Assembly: GCA_965262175.1 (NCBI GenBank)
Contig: CBDHES010000002.1
Coordinates: 2,981,490-3,045,489 of the forward strand
From: Acidimicrobiales bacterium
GTDB lineage: Bacteria; Actinomycetota; Acidimicrobiia; Acidimicrobiales; SZUA-35
DNA length: 64,000 nucleotides
Direction of reading: 5' to 3'
Positions within the stretch are counted from its first letter, which is position 1. The number at the start of each line of letters is the position of its first letter. Below are positions 45,891 to 54,830 of the stretch, piece by piece. Both the position numbers and the translations under genes were made by a program. The notes under the pieces were generated by a model. The model was not told the DNA's origin. It saw nothing but the letters and a program-made list of their open reading frames with translations, and made no database searches.

Positions 45891-46360
45891 CAGGCCTCCA
45901 CCGCCTCCCGGTCGCCGGTCGTCTCGGCGGCCTCGGCCGGGGCCTCGGAGCGCGGCGACTCGTTGGTCGAGCTGTCGCCGCCGCGATCACCGCGATCACC
46001 CCGATCGCCGCGATCACCGCGATCGCCGCGGTCACCGCGGTCCCCGCGGTCGCCACGATCACCGTCGTCACGGCGGTTGCCCCGCCGCTGGGTGGTCACC
46101 CGGCTGGTGTAGGGCAGGAGGCCCATCTCCCGGGCGTTCTTGATGGCTCGGGCCACCTCCCGCTGCTGCTGGGAGTCGTTGCCCGACACCCGTCGGGACC
46201 GAATCTTGGCCCGGTCCGACATGAAACGCTTGAGAAGGTCGACGTCTTTGTAGTCGACGTAGGTGACGCTGTCGGTCACCAGAGGACTGATCTTCTTCTT
46301 CGGCTTGCGGCCGTTGTCCTTGGGCTTGGTCCGCTTGCGTGAGTTGCTGCTCTTGGCCAT
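45890..46360 (-). CDS. rpsR: 30S ribosomal protein S18 with a ~65-aa C-terminal (GDR)9/acidic extension
   Basis: The S18 core reads [51 protein letters not shown]. It is followed by RRDD(GDR)9GGDSS...EAVEA. Confidence 0.9.
   Translation of the reverse strand: MAKSSNSRKRTKPKDNGRKPKKKISPLVTDSVTYVDYKDVDLLKRFMSDRAKIRSRRVSGNDSQQQREVARAIKNAREMGLLPYTSRVTTQRRGNRRDDGDRGDRGDRGDRGDRGDRGDRGDRGDRGGDSSTNESPRSEAPAEAAETTGDREAVEA
45983..46063 (-). repeat. In-frame 9-nt tandem repeat, 9 units, encoding (Gly-Asp-Arg)9 in rpsR
   Basis: The plus strand reads gcgatcacc gcgatcacc ccgatcgcc gcgatcacc gcgatcgcc gcggtcacc gcggtcccc gcggtcgcc acgatcacc. Confidence 0.9.
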
Positions 46361-46363
46361 GGC

Positions 46364-46831
46364 TTAGAAGGGCTCCTCGTCGGGGTTGTAGGCCGGCGCG
46401 TTGGCGCGTGGCGCGCCCTGACGAGCGGGGGCCGAGCCGCCACCGCCGTAGTTGCCGCCGCCGTCCGGTCGTTCGTTGCGCACCACCTCGGCCGTCGCCC
46501 ACCGGAGGCTGATCGCCACGTCATCGGCGACGATCTCGACCTTCGATCGCTTGTCGCCGTCGGGCGTCTCCCAGCTCCGCTGGTCGAGGCGGCCGCTCAC
46601 CGTGACCCGCGTGCCCTTGGCCACGGTCTCGGCGACGTTCTCCGCCAGCTGGGCCCAGGCGGTCACGTCGAAGAACGAGACCGCCTCCTCCCATTCCTGG
46701 GTTTGGCGGTTCTGCCACCGCCGGTTGACGGCGACGCCGAAGTTGGCGACCGCCTGACCGGACGGCGTGAACCGCAGCTCGGGCTCACGGGTCGCGTTGC
46801 CCGTGACCGTCACGTTGTTGTCTATGGCCAT
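46364..46831 (-). CDS. ssb: Single-stranded DNA-binding protein
   Basis: OB fold (NNVTVTGNATREPELRFTPSGQAVANFGVAVNRR), a Gly-rich linker and an acidic tip DEEPF. Confidence 0.95.
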   Translation of the reverse strand: MAIDNNVTVTGNATREPELRFTPSGQAVANFGVAVNRRWQNRQTQEWEEAVSFFDVTAWAQLAENVAETVAKGTRVTVSGRLDQRSWETPDGDKRSKVEIVADDVAISLRWATAEVVRNERPDGGGNYGGGGSAPARQGAPRANAPAYNPDEEPF

Positions 46832-46852
46832 CTGACCGCTCCTCTCACCGCA

Positions 46853-47176
46853 TCACGCGGTGGCGCCGGCCAGACCCCGACGATGGGCCTCGTCGAGCGG
46901 CAGGCGGATGAACTTGTGGCGGATCACCTCGTCCGCGAGTCGCAAGGTGCGATCGATCTCGCTCAACGCACCGGGGGAAAGGAACTCGAGGACGACGTAG
47001 AAGCCCTCGCGTACCTTGTTCATCTCGTAGGCGAAGCGCTTCACGCCCCACTTGTCGAGCTTCTCCAACGTGGCGCCATCGTCGTTCGCCATCTTCTCCA
47101 GCCGGTTGACGAACGTCTGGATCGACGACTCGTCGGCGTCGGACTTGAAGATGATCATCAATTCGTAAGCCCGCAT
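46853..47176 (-). CDS. rpsF: 30S ribosomal protein S6
   Basis: MRAYELMIIFKSD...WGVKRFAYEMNKVREGFYVVLEF. The start at 47176 is preceded by ggagggaggtgagg. Confidence 0.95.
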   Translation of the reverse strand: MRAYELMIIFKSDADESSIQTFVNRLEKMANDDGATLEKLDKWGVKRFAYEMNKVREGFYVVLEFLSPGALSEIDRTLRLADEVIRHKFIRLPLDEAHRRGLAGATA

Positions 47177-47465
47177 ACGGGCCTCACCTCCCTCCGGACC
47201 CGCCCGGTGGGCGGGGCCCCCGGACCTCGGGGGCAGGGTCATCTCTTTCGTTGTCGAGCTCGGGGGCACGGTCACGGACACGAGCCGACGAGCCGGCTCC
47301 ACAGCCTACCGGCCGACCCGCACCATCCGGCCGGCTCGTGACGACGACTCGGTCCATGGGCTCCGAACCTAGCCACCGGGTGTGACATCATCGTCCAAGC
47401 TCCGCCGGCGACCAGGACCGGACGGCCGACAAGGGCCGATGCAGATGCGGGGAAGGGATGACCAG

Positions 47466-47642
47466 ATGACCGAGATCGACTGCCACAGCTGTGGCCGGGA
47501 CGACGAACCCCTCACCGAGGTCCGGCGCCTCTACGTGACCCCGGCGACGTGGGACACCGAAGCGAAGATCCGACCGGCAGACGGCACCGAGCAGTGGTGC
47601 GACATCTGCATCGCCCACTATCCCCACGAGGTCATCGCCTGA
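47466..47642 (+). CDS. Small CxxC...CxxC zinc-ribbon-like protein (hypothetical)
   Basis: MTEIDCHSCG...WCDICIAHYP. It ends 1 nt before the thiolase-like gene start. Confidence 0.4.
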   Translation: MTEIDCHSCGRDDEPLTEVRRLYVTPATWDTEAKIRPADGTEQWCDICIAHYPHEVIA

Positions 47643-47643
47643 C

Positions 47644-48813
47644 ATGTCGATCAACGGCAAGGCCTTCATCGCCGGTGCCTTCGAGCACCCCGACCGCCAC
47701 ATCCCCCACCAATCGCTGATGGAGATCCACGCCCGGGTCTGCGTCGGGGCGCTGACCGACGCCGGGCTGACGATGAGCGACGTCGACGCGTACTTCGGGG
47801 CCGGCGACTCGCCCGGCTTCGGAACCCTCTCGATGATCGACTACCTCGGAATCTCCGCCAGCTACCTCGACTCGACCGAAACGGGCGGCTCCTCGTACCT
47901 GGCCCACGTGAACCACGCCGCGGCGGCGATCGCCGCCGGCAAGTGCTCGGTCGCCCTGGTCAGCCTGGCCGGCAAGCCCCGCACCGGCGGCGCCCAGCCG
48001 GGAGGGGCCGGTCGGGCCGCGGGGCCCGAGTCGGGGTTCGAGAGCCTGTGGGGGTCGACCGTGGTCGCCAGCTACGCCCTCGCCGCACAGCGCCACATGC
48101 ACGAGTTCGGCACGACCAGCGCCCAGTTGGCGGCGGTGAAGGTGGCGGCCAGCACCCACGCCCAGCACAATCCTCACGCCTTCCTCCGCGACGTCGTGAC
48201 CATCGAGGAGGTCCTCGAGTCGCCGATGATCGCCGAGCCCCTCCACCGGCTCGACTGCTGCGTGATCACCGATGGTGGCGGGGCGGTCGTGGTGGTGAGT
48301 CCCGAGGTGGCGGCCGGCCTCGATCGCCACTGCATCCCCGTGCTGGGGGCCGGCGAGGCCCCCAAGGGCACCGCCAACGGCGGTATCGATCTGACCCATA
48401 CCGGCGCCGTCTGGTCGGGGCCGGCGGCCTTCGCCGAGGCCGGCGTGACCCCGGCCGACATCGACTACGCCTCGATCTACGACTCGTTCACCATCACCGT
48501 CGTCCAGACCATCGAGGACCTCGGCTTCTGCGAGAAGGGACAGGGCGGGCCCTTCGTCGCCGACGGCAACCTGCAGTCCCCCCACGGCGCGCTGCCGTTC
48601 AACACCGACGGCGGCGGCCTGTGCTCGAACCACCCCGGCAACCGGGGCGGCATGACCAAGATCCTCGAAGCGGTCCGCCAGCTTCGCGGTGAAGCCCACC
48701 CGAACGTCCAGGTGCCCGACTGCGAGCTGGCCGTCGCCCACGGAACCGGCGGCTCGTTGGCGGCCCGCATGGGAAGCGTGACCCTGATCCTCGGCCGGGA
48801 GTTGCCCCGATGA
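47644..48813 (+). CDS. Thiolase-superfamily protein (SCP-x / lipid-transfer-protein type)
   Basis: Thiolase-like fold with C-terminal DGGGLCSNHPGNRGGMTKILEAVRQLRGEA. It is paired with a DUF35-type protein. Confidence 0.8.
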   Translation: MSINGKAFIAGAFEHPDRHIPHQSLMEIHARVCVGALTDAGLTMSDVDAYFGAGDSPGFGTLSMIDYLGISASYLDSTETGGSSYLAHVNHAAAAIAAGKCSVALVSLAGKPRTGGAQPGGAGRAAGPESGFESLWGSTVVASYALAAQRHMHEFGTTSAQLAAVKVAASTHAQHNPHAFLRDVVTIEEVLESPMIAEPLHRLDCCVITDGGGAVVVVSPEVAAGLDRHCIPVLGAGEAPKGTANGGIDLTHTGAVWSGPAAFAEAGVTPADIDYASIYDSFTITVVQTIEDLGFCEKGQGGPFVADGNLQSPHGALPFNTDGGGLCSNHPGNRGGMTKILEAVRQLRGEAHPNVQVPDCELAVAHGTGGSLAARMGSVTLILGRELPR

Positions 48814-49262
48814 CCACCGACCACACCGAACAGGGGCCGACCGATGGCCCCACCGCGCTGCCGACCAGAGCGCCGACCGTCAACGAGGACACCACATCGT
48901 TCTGGGCCGCCACCGCCGAGGGGCGCCTCGAGCTCCAGCGATGCCGCGACTGCGGCACGATCATCTGGTGGCCTCGGGCGATCTGTCCCAGCTGCTCGAG
49001 CTTCGGGCTCGACACGTTCGACGCGTCGGGTCGGGGCACGATCTACAGCTGCACCACCGTTCACCGGAGCCAGGGGCGCTCGTGGAACGCCGCGACCCCC
49101 TACGTCGTCGCCTACGTCGAGCTGGAGGAGGGCCCCCGGGTCATGACCAACATCGTCGACTGCGACCCCGCCGAGGTGCGGATCGGGACGCCGGTGCGAG
49201 TCGTGTTCCACGACACCGGGGAGGGCAACGCCCTGCCCCGGTTCACCCCGAGCGACGGCTGA
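48810..49262 (+). CDS. Zn-ribbon/OB-fold protein (DUF35 family)
   Basis: CRDCGTIIWWPRAICPSCSS rubredoxin-like knuckle followed by an OB-fold region. ATGA overlap with the thiolase-like gene. Confidence 0.8.
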   Translation: MTTDHTEQGPTDGPTALPTRAPTVNEDTTSFWAATAEGRLELQRCRDCGTIIWWPRAICPSCSSFGLDTFDASGRGTIYSCTTVHRSQGRSWNAATPYVVAYVELEEGPRVMTNIVDCDPAEVRIGTPVRVVFHDTGEGNALPRFTPSDG

Positions 49263-49275
49263 CGCCCCCGGGCGG

Positions 49276-51939
49276 TCAGTTCCCGTCGCCCGGCACGGTC
49301 GGCTGGGGGCTGCCTCCGTCGCCACCGCCCCCGTCGCCACCGCCCCCGTCGCCGCCATCCCCCGGCGGGACGGCGGCTGGCACGGTGGCGGTCGGGTCGG
49401 CCTGGACGGCCCACAGCTCGGGCGGCACACACGGGGCGGTCGTCGACGTCGTGCTCTCGGGGGGCGGCTCGCCCTCGTTGCCTTGATTGCCCTCGTTGCC
49501 CTCGTTGGTGTTGGCCAACGGTGGGCCCTGGGGTTGGCTGTCGGGCGGTTGGGTGTCCCCCGGGTCGGTCGAGGGCGGCGCCGTGGTGGTGGTCGTCGGC
49601 GGGGCCGTCGTGGTCGTGGTCAGGTACCGGAAGCTGTCCGGGCCGTCGCCGTACGGGTAGCCCCATCGGTCGAGCTCGACCCCACAGGGCGGGAGGGTCG
49701 TCGTCGACAGCTCCTGGTTGAGCCGCACGCCGGGGAACTCGTCCTGGGTGACCAGCTCCGGACACGGCGGGAGGCTGGCGGTCACCTCCTCCATGTAGGC
49801 CGACCAGATCCAGGTCGGCATGTTGCCCCCCTGGAGGTCGGCCCAGTCCCGGTTGTTGACATAGGACCCGTCCTCGTTGCGGGGTGTGGCGATCGTGCCG
49901 TCCTCCCGAGGCATCCGGAAGTCGATCATGGGGTACTGCGTCTCGCCGGCATGGCCGACCCACACCACCGTCGTCATGCCGCAGGTGTAGCCGGCGAACC
50001 AGCCGTCGACGTTGTTCTGCGACGTCCCGGTCTTGCCAGCGACGGCCCGCTCCTCGGAGAACGTGGCGGCCCGGCCGGTCCCGAAGGCCGCCACCTGGGT
50101 CATCGTGTAGGTCAGCTGGGCGACGGTCTCGGCGGCGAAGACCGGGTCCGGCGTCCGGTCGGGCCCGTCGGCGCAGATCCCGTCGACCGGGTACCAGCAG
50201 ATGACCTCGCCCCGGGAGTTCTCGACCCGCTCGATCAGCACCGGGTCGAGGTGGCTGCCACCTCGCTCGAACACCGAGTAGGCCTCGGCCATCTCGATCA
50301 CCGGCACCTCGACCGACCCGAGGATGACCGAGCACGGCACCTGGTCGATCGACTCGTCGACGAAGTTCGAGCTGATACCCATGTCGATCGCCGCCTGCGC
50401 CACCTGGCTGGGGCCGATGTCGACCACGAGCTGGGCGAACACGACGTTCGAGGACCAGACGAGTGAGTCGACCAGGTCGCGGTACCGGTACTGGCCGCTC
50501 GACCCCCCGGTCACCTGCCACGGATCCCCCGGCGGGCCGCACTCCGGAATCCGGGTCACACCGGGGATCGCCGGGTAGAACGAGCGGGCCGAGTAGCCCT
50601 GCTCGAGCGCCACGGCCATACCGATCGGCTTGAACGTCGACCCTGGTTGACGGCCCAGGCCACCGCTGCTGGTGGCGAGATTGAACTCATCGTCGTCGAA
50701 GTTGGTCCCCCCGAGCATGGCCAACACCCGGCCATCGCTGTCGAGGCTGACGATCGCCGCCGAGGGGTCGTTCGGGTTGGCCAGGTCGAGGTAGCCGGGG
50801 CCGATCTCGGGCGAGCCCCGCTCCTCCAGGTTCTCGTCGGGGCGGGGGAAGTGGGCCGCCCGGAAGGCGGCAGCCTGCATGTCGTGGTCGAGGGTGGTGT
50901 AGACCCGGAGCCCGCTGGTGTAGATCTCCCCGTTGGGGTACAGCTCGGCCAGCTGCTTGCGAACCTCCTCGACGAAGTACTCGGTCCCCCATTCGGCGCC
51001 GACGACCTCGCCCAGACCCTCCCGGTCGACCTCCTCGACGATGCTCCACGGGGCCTCGTTGGCCGCCATCGCCTCGTCGAGGGTGATGTAGCCGGCTTCG
51101 AGCATCAGCTCGAGCGACGTCGTCCGCCGGCGGTTGGCCTCGTCGGGGTTGTCGATCGGGTCGGCGGCGAGCGGGTTCCGCAACAGGCCGGCGATGTAGG
51201 CCGACTCCGCCAGGGTCAGCTCGCTGACGTCCTTGCCGAAGTAGACCCGGGATGCGGCCTGGACCCCGGAGGCCCCCCGACCGAAGTAGGCCCGGTTCAG
51301 GTAGCGGGTGAGGATCTCCTCCTTGGCACACCGCTCCGGCGTCCGGTCGCCGAGGTTGCCGCGTTCCTGGCACTCGCGAGCGAGGTCCTGTTCCAGCTTG
51401 ACCGCCCGGATCGCCTCCCGGGCCTTGCGGATCAGGTTCCGGTCGGCGTCGTTGAACGCCAGCTTCACGTACTGCTGGGTGATGGTCGACCCGCCCTGGA
51501 CCACCCCGCCCTGTCCGAGCTCGACCCGAACGAACTGGTAGCCGGCCCGGGCGATGCCCCGGGGGTCGATCCCCTGGTGCTCCCAGAAGTCCTGGTCCTC
51601 GGTGGCCACCACGGCGTTGATGAGACTCTCCGGTAGCTCGTCGAAGGTGACGATCTCCCGGTCCTCACCGCCGGTCGAGAGCAGCGCCGTGGCGTTGTCA
51701 GGGCCGCAGTTGTTCCGCACTTCGGCGGTGCACAGGAAGCTGGTCTGGGCGATCGTCTCGAACTGGTCCTCGGGGAGGTCGGTCTGGCTGAAGGTGTAGA
51801 GGACGGCCCCGATCGCCCCCACCCCGAGGAGGACCACGAGGAAGAGGAAGCGACGGAACCGCCAGAACGGATTCCGTCGCCGCTTCCGCATCGGCTGGGG
51901 ACCCGAAAGGGGATCGAAGATCTGGAGGAATGAGCTCAT
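49276..51939 (-). CDS. Bifunctional class A penicillin-binding protein (transglycosylase/transpeptidase)
   Basis: GT51 motifs EDQDFWEHQGID, GGSTITQQ and RKAREAIRAVKLE. Transpeptidase motifs STFKP, SSN and KTGTS. The start is at MSSFLQIF (51939). The C-terminal tail is low-complexity. Confidence 0.92.
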   Translation of the reverse strand: MSSFLQIFDPLSGPQPMRKRRRNPFWRFRRFLFLVVLLGVGAIGAVLYTFSQTDLPEDQFETIAQTSFLCTAEVRNNCGPDNATALLSTGGEDREIVTFDELPESLINAVVATEDQDFWEHQGIDPRGIARAGYQFVRVELGQGGVVQGGSTITQQYVKLAFNDADRNLIRKAREAIRAVKLEQDLARECQERGNLGDRTPERCAKEEILTRYLNRAYFGRGASGVQAASRVYFGKDVSELTLAESAYIAGLLRNPLAADPIDNPDEANRRRTTSLELMLEAGYITLDEAMAANEAPWSIVEEVDREGLGEVVGAEWGTEYFVEEVRKQLAELYPNGEIYTSGLRVYTTLDHDMQAAAFRAAHFPRPDENLEERGSPEIGPGYLDLANPNDPSAAIVSLDSDGRVLAMLGGTNFDDDEFNLATSSGGLGRQPGSTFKPIGMAVALEQGYSARSFYPAIPGVTRIPECGPPGDPWQVTGGSSGQYRYRDLVDSLVWSSNVVFAQLVVDIGPSQVAQAAIDMGISSNFVDESIDQVPCSVILGSVEVPVIEMAEAYSVFERGGSHLDPVLIERVENSRGEVICWYPVDGICADGPDRTPDPVFAAETVAQLTYTMTQVAAFGTGRAATFSEERAVAGKTGTSQNNVDGWFAGYTCGMTTVVWVGHAGETQYPMIDFRMPREDGTIATPRNEDGSYVNNRDWADLQGGNMPTWIWSAYMEEVTASLPPCPELVTQDEFPGVRLNQELSTTTLPPCGVELDRWGYPYGDGPDSFRYLTTTTTAPPTTTTTAPPSTDPGDTQPPDSQPQGPPLANTNEGNEGNQGNEGEPPPESTTSTTAPCVPPELWAVQADPTATVPAAVPPGDGGDGGGGDGGGGDGGSPQPTVPGDGN

Positions 51940-51989
51940 GGCACCGTGTTGTGGCGTTCGAAGGGGGGCGGGGGGACGGGTGGTGGACG

Positions 51990-52367
51990 TCAACCGGTGA
52001 CGGCGTAGGACTCCCGGAGGTGGTTCCACCAGCACTGGCGACAGACCTCGATCTCGTAACAGGTAGCTGGCCGGCCCCGACGGCGCAGCTTTCGCTTCTC
52101 GGCCGAATCGGCCACGACCCTGCCCTGTTTGGGCAGGCCGGGGCCGAAGGCGAACGTCACCGACACGAGATCTCCACCGTCGCAGATCGGACACGGCTCA
52201 TCGATCGGGGTGGCGCAGGTGTGCGCCACCCGCCGGAGCTCCGGTTGGGCGTCGCAGACCTCTTCGGTCGACGCCCGGCCCCGGGTGAAAGCGTCGACGA
52301 CGTGTTGTCGGGCCAGCCGGTAGCTGACGACGCCCGCCGTGGACGGTGAGTCACGAGCCGTGGTCAC
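51990..52367 (-). CDS. DUF5318-like Cys-rich small protein
   Basis: CDAQPELRRVAH...CPICDGG...EVCRQCWWNHL. The start is uncertain (GTG 52367, GTG 52418 or ATG 52469). Confidence 0.6.
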   Translation of the reverse strand: MTTARDSPSTAGVVSYRLARQHVVDAFTRGRASTEEVCDAQPELRRVAHTCATPIDEPCPICDGGDLVSVTFAFGPGLPKQGRVVADSAEKRKLRRRGRPATCYEIEVCRQCWWNHLRESYAVTG

Positions 52368-52444
52368 GAATCTCAAGGGTAGCGATTGCCGCTGCAATCG
52401 TCCCGTCGCACGAGCGACACCGGTGATCGCCGTCGTGCGACCGC

Positions 52445-53686
52445 TCAGGTGGGACGACGGTCGAGCCATGCTCGGGCGGCCGCCTCGGCCTCGGCCGCGG
52501 TCATCGGGCCGAGGTCGATCCGTCGCTCCTGGAGGTGGGCCATCAGCTTCCCGACCAGGGGTCCGGGCGCCAGGTCGAGCGATGCGATCAGCTGGGCGCC
52601 GGACAGCGGTGACCCGAGATCGGACAGATCCTCGGCGCAGGCGAGGGCCGTCAGCCGCCGGAGGAACGGGGTGTCGGCGCCGAGGACGTTCGTCACCAGC
52701 TGGGTGAGATCGTCGAGATGGTCGACTCCGAGCCGATCGACGACCCGCCGGATCAGCGCATCGGTCGGATCGGGGTCGGCCGCCGCCGCGACCGCCTCGA
52801 TGAGGCCGACCGTCGTGGAGGTGTCGGCCCGGCTGTAGCGGAGCCGAGCCAAGACCTCGGCCGCTCCGTCGGGCCCGAGGGGCCGGAGCAGCCCGGCCCG
52901 TCGAACCGCCGGCGTGCCCGGCGCCGCCCCGATCGGGACGGCCGCCCCGGGGTCGATGAGCTCGGGCAGGATCTGGGCCAGGAGGCCGGTGTCGGCCAGG
53001 AACCGTAGGCCGGTCGACGGGGCGGACAGGGCGAGCAGCCGCTCCAGCTCATCGTGGATCCGCTCGACCGAGACGATCGAGAGCCGGTCGGTCATGTCCC
53101 GGGCGGCGTCGATGAGGTCGGGGTCGGCGGTCAGATCGAACCGGGGGATGAAGCGGGCCGCCCGGAGCATCCGGAGCGGATCGTCGGTGAACGATTCGGC
53201 GGGACCCAGCGGGGTTCGGAGGCGGCGCCGGTCGAGATCGCCGAGGCCGTCGAAGGGGTCGAGCAGTTCGCCGTCGGGGACCCGGATGGCCATGGCGTTG
53301 ATCGTGAAGTCCCGGCGGGACAGGTCCTGGTCGATGTGATCGCCGAACGAGACGATCGGCTTGCGGGACGACGGATCGTAGGCCTCGGCCCGGTGGGTGG
53401 TGATCTCCAGGCGACGGTGGTTGACCGTGAGCCCGATCGTCCCGAACCGTTGGCCCTGGGTCCACAGCTCGTGGGCCAAGGGGCGGACGAGGTCGAGGAT
53501 CTCGTCCGGCCGGGCGTCGGTCGTGAGATCGATGTCGTCGCCGGCCGAGGTGGCCCCGACCGCGAGGTCACGAACGACACCGCCGACGAGGAACAGGGCT
53601 CGATCGGCCCGGTGGAACGCCTCGCCGACCTCGGCCACGGCGTCCAGGATCGGGCCGAGCCCCTCGCCAAGGGCGGGGTTGGTCAC
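52445..53686 (-). CDS. cca: CCA tRNA nucleotidyltransferase / poly(A) polymerase family protein
   Basis: LFLVGGVVRDLAVG...DIDLTTDARP...RDFTINAMA. GTG start at 53686. Confidence 0.88.
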   Translation of the reverse strand: MTNPALGEGLGPILDAVAEVGEAFHRADRALFLVGGVVRDLAVGATSAGDDIDLTTDARPDEILDLVRPLAHELWTQGQRFGTIGLTVNHRRLEITTHRAEAYDPSSRKPIVSFGDHIDQDLSRRDFTINAMAIRVPDGELLDPFDGLGDLDRRRLRTPLGPAESFTDDPLRMLRAARFIPRFDLTADPDLIDAARDMTDRLSIVSVERIHDELERLLALSAPSTGLRFLADTGLLAQILPELIDPGAAVPIGAAPGTPAVRRAGLLRPLGPDGAAEVLARLRYSRADTSTTVGLIEAVAAAADPDPTDALIRRVVDRLGVDHLDDLTQLVTNVLGADTPFLRRLTALACAEDLSDLGSPLSGAQLIASLDLAPGPLVGKLMAHLQERRIDLGPMTAAEAEAAARAWLDRRPT

Positions 53687-54713
53687 ATGTCCCGCCGCTC
53701 GACGTGGATCTGGTGGGCCAGGTCGATGATCTCGTGCCCGGGCCCACCACTCGTCGGGTGCTCGGGCCGGTGGGTGGCGCCGACCAGCACCGACGCCACG
53801 GCTCCGGTCGAGTCGGCCAGAGCGCGGAGGTCGTAGCCCCCCTCGAGGAAGAACAGGCGACGCCCGGGCGGGGCGAACGAGAGCAGGTCGGCCACCATGT
53901 CGGCATAGTCGGCCGAGGTCAGTCCGAGGTCGGTGATCGGATCGGCCCGATGGCCATCGAAGCCAGCGGAGACCAGGAGCCAGTCCGGCTCGAACTCCTC
54001 CACCACCGGCGCGACGACCCGCTCGATGCCCTCCCGGTAGGGGGTGCCGCTCGTCCCCGCCGGCAGCGGGAAGTTGACGGTGGCGTGGAGACCGTCGCCC
54101 CTCCCGACCTCTCCCGGCCCGCCCGTCCCCGGATACCAGGGGTACTGGTGGAAGCTGATGAAGAGGACGTCGGGGTCGTCGTAGAAGATGTCCTGGGTGC
54201 CGTTGCCGTGATGGGCGTCGATGTCGACGATCACCACCCGCTGGCCCTTGGCCCGCAGGGCCCGGGCGGCGACGGCGACGTTGTTGATGAGGCAGAACCC
54301 CATCTGGACGTCGGCGGTGGCGTGATGCCCGGTGGCCGCACGATCGACCAGCCGGCCGAGCCCTCGCCGGCCTCCAACCGCTCGATCAGATCCAGGCCGG
54401 CCCCAGCCGCCCGCCGGGCCGCCTCATCGGAGTGGGGGCCGAGGAACGTGTCGGCGTCGATCGAGCCACCACCGGCCTCGGCGACGTCCCGCAGCTGCGT
54501 CATCAGCGATGCCGGGTGGACCCGATGGAGCGCCTCGTCGTCGGCCTCGGGGGCCTCGACCCAGGTCACCGCCCCCTCGAGGTGGGCCATCTCCAAGCCC
54601 CGGACCGCGGCGGTGAGCCGTTCCGGACGCTCGGGGTGGCCCGGACCAGTCTCGTGGCGCCAGCACACGTCGTGGGTCGAGACCAGCAGTCCTGACGGGC
54701 TCTGGCTGCTCAT
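53683..54713 (-). pseudogene. Histone deacetylase-family (acetoin utilization/AcuC-like) deacetylase, apparent frameshift at ~54327
   Basis: ORF 54231..54713 ends its meaningful sequence at ...GWSIVRPPG. ORF 53683..54303 begins MGFCLINNVAVAA...DIDAHHGNGTQ. Adding one nt restores RPPGHHATADVQMGFC, which contains the catalytic His-His. Confidence 0.65.
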
Positions 54714-54830
54714 GGTTCAACGCTAGCTCCCGTCGTGAGGAGCGACGAGCCCCGACGCCCGGGCCCGCCTGACGATGGGCCCTCGGGCTCGGCGAGACGA
54801 CGTCGGCCGCTGGGCCTAGGCTGGGGCTCG

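Noticed and set aside
45983-46063. The regular 9-nt repeats, considered as a possible CRISPR-like or non-coding tandem array.
   Set aside because: The period is 9 nt with no spacers. The repeat is in frame within rpsR and encodes (GDR)9. No cas genes or leader are present.
19150-54330. Programmed ribosomal frameshifting as the explanation for the three split genes.
   Set aside because: There are no X_XXY_YYZ slippery heptamers or obvious stimulatory structures at the junctions. The affected gene families are not known to use recoding. A simple indel, either real or a sequencing error, is more parsimonious.
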